Below are positions 57,689 to 64,000 of a DNA stretch of 64,000 bases, piece by piece. The position numbers and the translations under genes were made by a program. Positions within the stretch are counted from its first letter, which is position 1. Each line of letters starts with the position of its first letter. The notes below the pieces were generated by a model. It searched no databases and was not told where the DNA came from. It was given only the letters and a program-made list of their open reading frames with translations. Source of the stretch: the human T2T-CHM13v2.0 reference genome, Homo sapiens. The stretch lies in assembly GCF_009914755.1 (NCBI RefSeq), contig NC_060932.1; one strand, written 5' to 3'.

Positions 57689-58937
57689 ATTTTTGTAGTT
57701 TCAGGTCTTGGATTTAAGGCCTTGATCCATTTTGAGTTGATTTTTGTATAAGGTGAGAGATGAGGACCCAGTTTTATTCTCCTACCATGTGGCTTGCCAA
57801 TTATCCCAGCACCATTTGTTGAGCAGGGTGTCCTCTCCCCACTTTATGTTTTTGTTTGCTTTGTCGAAGACCAGTTGGCTGTAGGTATTTGGGTTTATTT
57901 CTGGGTTCTCTATTCTGTTTCACTGGTCTATGTGTCTATTTTTATACTAGTACCATGCTATTTCAGTGACTATGGCCTTATAGTATAGCTTGAAATCAGG
58001 TAATGTGATGCCTCCAGATTTGTTCTTTTTGCTTAGTCTTGCTTTGGCTATGCAGGCTCTCTTTTGGTTCCATATGAACTTTAGGATTATTTTCGGTGAA
58101 GAATGATGGTGGTATTTTGAGGGAAATTGCGTTGAATTTGTAGATTGCTTTTGGCAGTATGGTCATTTTGACAATATTGATTCTACCCATCCATGAGCAT
58201 GGGATGTATTTCCATTTGTTTGTGTCCTCTATGATCTCTTTCAGCAGTGTTTTGTAGTTTTCCTTGAACTCCTTGGTTAGGTATATTCCTAAGTATTTTA
58301 TTTTATTTTTTGCAGCTTTTGTAAAGGACTTGAGTTCTTGATTTTATTCTCATCTTGGTTGCTGTTGATGTAAAGGAGAGCTACTGATCTGTGTACATTA
58401 AAAAGAACTCATTATATGAAAAAGATACTTGCACACACATGTTTATAACGGCACAACTTGGAATTGCAAAAATGTGGAACAAATCCCAATGCCCATCAAT
58501 CAATGAGTGGATAAAGAAACTGTGAGATAAAGAAACTGTGAGATAAAGAAACTGTGTGATGACATATATATTTATGATGAAACACTGCTCAGCCATTAAA
58601 AGGAATGAATTAATGGCATTTGCAGCAACCTGGATGGGATTGGAGACTATTATTCTAAGTGAAGTAACTCAAGGATGGAAAACCAAACATCGTCTGTTCT
58701 CACTCATAAATGGGAGCTAAACTACGAGGATGCAAAGGCATAAGAAAAATGCAATGGACTTTGGGGACTCAGGGGAAAAGGATGGGAAGGGGGTGAGGAA
58801 TAAAAGACTACAAATTGGGTTCAGTGTATACTGCTCAGGTGATGGGTGCACCAAAATCTTACAAATCACCACTGAAAAACTTACTCACGTAACCAAATAC
58901 CACGTTTCCCCAAAAAGCTATGGAAATAAAAAATTTT
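57689..58937 (+). mobile_element. L1PB1-like element with 5' inversion
   Basis: 57689-~58398 antisense ORF2, ~58399-58937 sense 3' end; degenerate TSD aaaaaattgtgctaga / aaaaaatatgctaga. Confidence 0.85.
58510..58556. repeat. 3 x 16-bp tandem repeat (gataaagaaactgtga)
   Basis: Directly visible inside the L1PB 3' region. Confidence 0.95.
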
Positions 58938-59270
58938 AAAAAATATGCTAGAGTAATTGAACACCCATTTATCAAAAATTTAACTTTGATATATATCTCT
59001 CATCCTATATAAAATTACTTTAAAGTGTATTATGGGCTTAAATGGAAACCATAATGCTATACTTTTTAAATCTTCAGGTTCTAATACTCATAAAGAGGTC
59101 ATATACTTGACACCAGAAGCACAATCCAGTACCTAAAAAAGTGCACCTTATCAAGTAAAAGTCATATAAAGAGAAATTTTATTCTGAGAAAAAACAAATT
59201 ATAGACTTGGAGAAAATGTGTACAAATCACACATCCAACAAAATACATGTATTTGTAAAACATAACATCT

Positions 59271-61212
59271 TTCATAAACATGGCATTTTTTTCTTTTTCC
59301 CTTTTCAATTTCTTTCATCAGTGTTTAATAATTTTTATTGTAGAGATCTTTCACTTCTTTTAGTTTATTCCTAGGTAGTTCATCTTATTTGTAGCTATTG
59401 TAAATGGAATTGCTTTCTTCATTTGTTTTTCAGATTGTTCACTGTTGGCATTTTGTATTCTGCATCTTTACTGAATTTATCAGTTCTATAATGTTAAAAT
59501 ACCTGTACCACACAAAGCAATTTACAGCTTCAATGCAATTGTTCACAGAAATAGAAAAAATAATCCTAAAACGCATATGGAATGACGAAAGACCCAGAAT
59601 AGTCAAAGTAATCCTGAGCAAAAAGAACAAAACTGGAGGAATCATGTTACCTGACCTTATACTACACAAAGCTATAGTAACCAAAATAGCATGATGCTGG
59701 AATAAAACGGATACACAGAAAAATTGAACAGAATAAAGAACCCACAAATGAATCCACGTAATTAAAGTCAATTTATTTTCAATAAAGGTGTCAAGAACAT
59801 ACACTGGGGAAAGAACAGTCCCTTCAATAAATAGTGCTGGGAAAAGTAGATAGCCATATGCAGAAGAATGATGCTAGATCCCTATCTCTTGCCATATACA
59901 AAAATCAAATAAAAATGGATTAAAGACTTAAATCTAAGACCCTAAACTGTAAAACAACTAGAACAAAACACTGGGTAACCTCTCCAGGACATTGATTTGG
60001 GCACAGATTTCTTGAGTAAGACCTCAGAAGCTCAGGCAATCACAGCAAAAATTGACAAATAGGATCACATCAAGCTAAGAAGCTTCCACATAGAAAAGGA
60101 AACAATCAACCAAGTGAAGGGACAACCTACAGAACCAAAGAAAATATTTGCAAACTACCCATCTGACAAGGGATTAATAACCAGAATATGTAAGGAGCTC
60201 AAACAACTCAATAAAAAATTAATTTTAAAATGGGCAAAAGATCTTTTAGACATTTCTCAAAAGAAGACATACGAACGGCAAACAGCTATATGAAAAGGGA
60301 CTCAACATCACTGATCATCAGAGAAATGCAACTAAAAACTACAATGAAATATTATCTTATCCCTGTTAAAATGGCTTTTATCCAAAAGATAGGCAATAAT
60401 GTGAGAATGTCGAGAAAGGGGAGCACTTGGTACACACTGTTGGTGGGAATGTAAATTAGTACAGCCACTATAGAGAACAGTATGGAGATTCCTCAAAAAA
60501 ACTAAAATAGAATTACCACAAGATCCAGCAATCCCACTGCTGAGTATATATCTAAAAGAAAGGAAATCAGTGTATCGAAGAGTTATCTGCTCTCCTGTGT
60601 TTATTTAAAGCAGCATTATTCACAGTAGCCAAGATTTGGAATCAACCTAAGTGTCCATCAGTGGATGAATGGATAAAAAAATGTGGTACATATACACAAC
60701 CGACTGCTATTCAGCCATAAAAAGGATAAAATCCTGTCATTTGCAACAACATGAATGGAATGGAGGCTATTATGTTAAGTGAAATAAGCCAGGCACAGAA
60801 AGACAGATGGTGCCTGTCTGTTTTAATTCATATGTGGGAGCTAAAAACAACAAAAAAATTGAACTCATAGAGAGTGGAATCATGGTTGCCAGAGCCTGGG
60901 AAGGGTAGTGGGGATGGGGGGATAAAAAGGGAATGGTTAACGGTTACAAAAATACAGTCAGAAGTAATAAGGTCTGGTGTTCAGTAGCACAATAGAGAGA
61001 CTATAGTTAACATTGGTTTATTGTATATTTTAAAATAACGGAAAGAGTGTGATTAGAATGTTTCTAATACAAATAAATAAAGGCTTGAGATGATGGATAC
61101 CCCAATTACCATGATTTGATCATTACACATTGCATGTCTAACAAAACAGCACATGTACCCCATGAACATATACAACTATTATGTACCCATAATAATGAAA
61201 AATAAAAATTAA
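59271..61212 (+). mobile_element. L1MA3-like element with 5' inversion
   Basis: 59271-~59489 antisense, remainder sense to the 3' UTR; TSD aaaacataacatct / aaaacataatacct. Confidence 0.82.
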
Positions 61213-62909
61213 AAAACATAATACCTCTCAAAACTGAACATTTAAAAAACACAAACAATCCAATGAGTAAACGGTAAAATGTATGAACAGACTTTTCACT
61301 AAATAGAATATACAACCGAATAAGCATATTAAGGATGTTCAAAATCATTATCCGTGAGGAGGTGCAAATGAGATATTAATAAACAGCTAATGGAATGATT
61401 AAAATTCAAGAAAAAACAGTGGTACAATCAGATGTTGGTGAGGGTGCAAAAACGTGGTAATTCATATATTGTTGGTGGGACTGTCAAACAGTACAGCCAT
61501 TCTGAAAAAATATTTAGCAGTTGCTTTTAAAATTATAAGTAGTTTACAATATGTCTCAGCTATTTCAGTCTTGTGCATATATCCCAGACAATTAAAATAT
61601 TATTTTCACATAGAATCTTCCACATGAATGTTCATCTCAGTTATTCATAATAACTAAAACTGGAAACCACCCAAATGTCCTTCAGTGGATCAAAGGCTAA
61701 AAAATTATGGCATATCCATACAAATGAAAACTAGTTATCAATAAAAAGGAATTAAGTATTGGTACATGCAAGAACTTGGATCCAGTTCAGGGAAATTATG
61801 CTAAAGAAAAAAATCCAGTTGCACAAATATAAAAACCATATGATTTTGTTTATATAACATTCATAAAACCATGTAATTAGAGAGACAGAGAACCATTTAA
61901 TGGTTGGAAGGAGAGTTAGAGATGAGGGAAAAGAAAAATATCTATCTACAAAGGGGTAATGTTAGACAACCATGTAGTGATGATACAGCTATGCATTGTC
62001 TTTGTGATAGTAGTACATAAATCTAAACTGTGATAAAATTGCATAGAACAAACACACACACAAACACACAGACACACAAATGAGTGTAAATATACTAGAG
62101 AAATCTGATTAAGGTCTCTGTATTTTACCAATGTCCATTTCCCAGTTTTGACGTTGTAGGACAGATTTGCAACATTTTAACATTGGTGAAGGATGAGTGT
62201 AGGTTGATTTATTCTTCTTTTAATTTACTTATGTATATATTTATTTCAACTACTTTTTTCATCCTAAATTAACTGAAACTACTTTCTTCAGTATCATCTA
62301 CTAATAAAGTACCCCAAATTCTAAGTTGTGGGAAGAAGGAAACTCATTCTAACAACCTCTTGGCATATATTTTTTCTTGATCTTCAGTGTCTTTAACTCC
62401 TTTGCTCTAAGTTGCCATATTAAGATATTCATACATCTAGTTATATGCCACTTCAGCATATTTGACATATGAATCCATTCCTCAAGCATTTATTCAGGTA
62501 TACAATTCTAATAGTAAAATAAAGGTTTAGTAAAAACAAATATATTTATTCAGGACTTTTCATCAAATCAATTTAAAAATGTTCAGTGCCACAGACTACT
62601 CATATGCTGTAGGCATGAAAAATTTAATGATTTTTCTCTTTCAATATTACAGTTACCTTTAAAGATTGAATTTGATTGTGAATTGGGATATCACAATAGG
62701 TGACATCCTTGGAATTCACAGACTATATAATAAAACTGCAACGTTTTCTATAATTTAAGTATACTTACATAGAAAACTCTGCTGTATAAATAGAAATATT
62801 CTGGGAACCCTGCTTAAAGTGAAGGGGAGGCCTTTTAAAATGTTTTCTAGGTGAGAACTAAAACTATACAGAAAATTTTGGTTGGCAGAAAGATTCAGAG
62901 CTGTCTGGC

Positions 62910-63097
62910 TCTAGATCCAATTTAGTAGCCACTAGTCACAGTAGTCATTTAAATTTAAATTAAATAAGGTAAAATACAGTTGAAATTTCAGTTCCTTAGT
63001 TTCACTATCCACATGTTGGGTGTTTGATAGTTATACAGGATGGCAAAGATGTAGACCATTTCTATGAGAACAGAAAGCTGCATTGAAACACAGATCT
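62910..63097 (-). mobile_element. MER3 (hAT-Charlie)
   Basis: tagtagccactagtcaca...atttaaatttaaattaa...tttcagttccttagt. Confidence 0.7.
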
Positions 63098-63107
63098 AGA
63101 GACTAAC

Positions 63108-63222
63108 CTACTGTAAGCCAAAATCCATCATTGATACTTCCTCCTGGTGATGACATTGCTGGCTCACAATCTGGAGGAGCATAACCAGGATCACATTGAC
63201 AATGGAAATGTTCATTGCAAAT
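63108..63222 (-). pseudogene. ADAM3A: ADAM3A-like EGF-like-domain exon
   Basis: Acceptor tttgttttggttttag|, donor TAG|gttagt; 115 nt, phase 0-1; CN...CxC.PGYAPPDC...PGGSIxDG is the hallmark ADAM EGF/juxtamembrane motif. Confidence 0.95.
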
Positions 63223-64000
63223 CTAAAACCAAAACAAACAAAAAAAGCATTTATGTACAACCAAAAATTCACTGCCTTATATGTGATTGTTAGTCAATGT
63301 AAATTTTAAAAATATTACCATTTAATATAAATTTTAAATTTAATATGAAAAATAATTTTAAAAATAAAAGGCAGTATAATAAATGTCCATGCAATATATT
63401 TTCAAACATCATAGAGGTATCTTCTTGTTTGTCTCTTACATTTCTAAATAAAGTGAATACCATTCTTGATACAATTTAAATGCTTTTTATTAGAAGGGCG
63501 TACAGATTATGATGCTAGAAACTATAGAATGGTGGGAGTAAAAATTTATTATAAATTGTGTTGGATTTAAAAAAATAGTTGTGATGAGGGCCAAATTTTA
63601 TTTAAAAAAATAGGGGGGGAAAGCCAAAATTTTAAGATGCTTGCTCAATCAGATACAGACACAAAAAATTTATATAGAAAGCTAGAAAAAATGTATAAAT
63701 GTGATCTGGCAGACGAATGGAAAAAGGGCCAGTAGAGAATTCAGAAATAAATGCATACAAAATTGATTACGAAAGTAAATTAAAATTAAGAAAGAAAAGA
63801 AACTGTAAATAATAGATGTGTAAGTAATTTTGAGGAAAAATTGATGTAAGCCACACAGGCAGGCCACTTTTTCCTGAATTACTATAAAAAATATGAATCA
63901 TCAATATGGCAGAAGACACTGACCACAAAGAGACAAATGCATGCTTAGAATGACTTATAAAGTTTACAACATTTCTATAAGCCAGTAGATAAGTTTACAA

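Larger units (their letters stand above)
55940..62260 (+). mobile_element. Old L1MC-type element hosting two younger L1s
   Basis: Degenerate ORF2 55940-57688 and 58940-59270; L1MC-type 3' UTR 61215-62260. Confidence 0.7.

Noticed and set aside
62657-62722. ITIM-like VTYCDI suggesting an immune receptor gene
   Set aside because: Lies inside the ADAM intron upstream of the TM exon, so it would be extracellular; no other receptor exons.

Overview
Primate (most likely human) AT-rich DNA, mostly interspersed repeats. None of the supplied ORFs is a real gene; most fall within L1, Alu, ERV or microsatellite sequence. Reading splice signals by eye reveals the 3' ends of two convergent (tail-to-tail) testis-type ADAM genes. 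On the minus strand, three exons (63108-63222 EGF-like, 52605-52770 transmembrane, 51316-51366 Ser-rich tail plus stop) splice into an uninterrupted 109-aa C-terminus, followed by a non-coding last exon (48312-48427); this is cyritestin/ADAM3A-like. On the plus strand, a paralogous 51-nt Ser-rich exon (84-134) and a last exon with AATAAA (14479-~14645) are ADAM5-like. This matches my recollection of the human 8p11.22 ADAM5/ADAM3A pseudogene pair, which I could not verify. Between the genes lies an ancient inverted duplication (~26.7-27.5 kb plus 37.9-38.1 kb versus 39.9-40.9 kb), masked by a 10.4-kb nest of L1s, that may be the scar of the event that created the pair. The window also holds a full-length L1PA7/8, a full-length THE1C, an internally deleted HUERS-P-type provirus, several solo LTRs, two 5'-inverted L1s, a tail-less Alu with a perfect TSD and a perfect 26-bp-arm hairpin. 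I cannot demonstrate a new biological system. The best leads are the duplication scar, the intact ADAM3A C-terminal frame and several candidate cryptic exons. Repeat subfamily names come from memory of consensus sequences, and boundaries without a quoted TSD are approximate.
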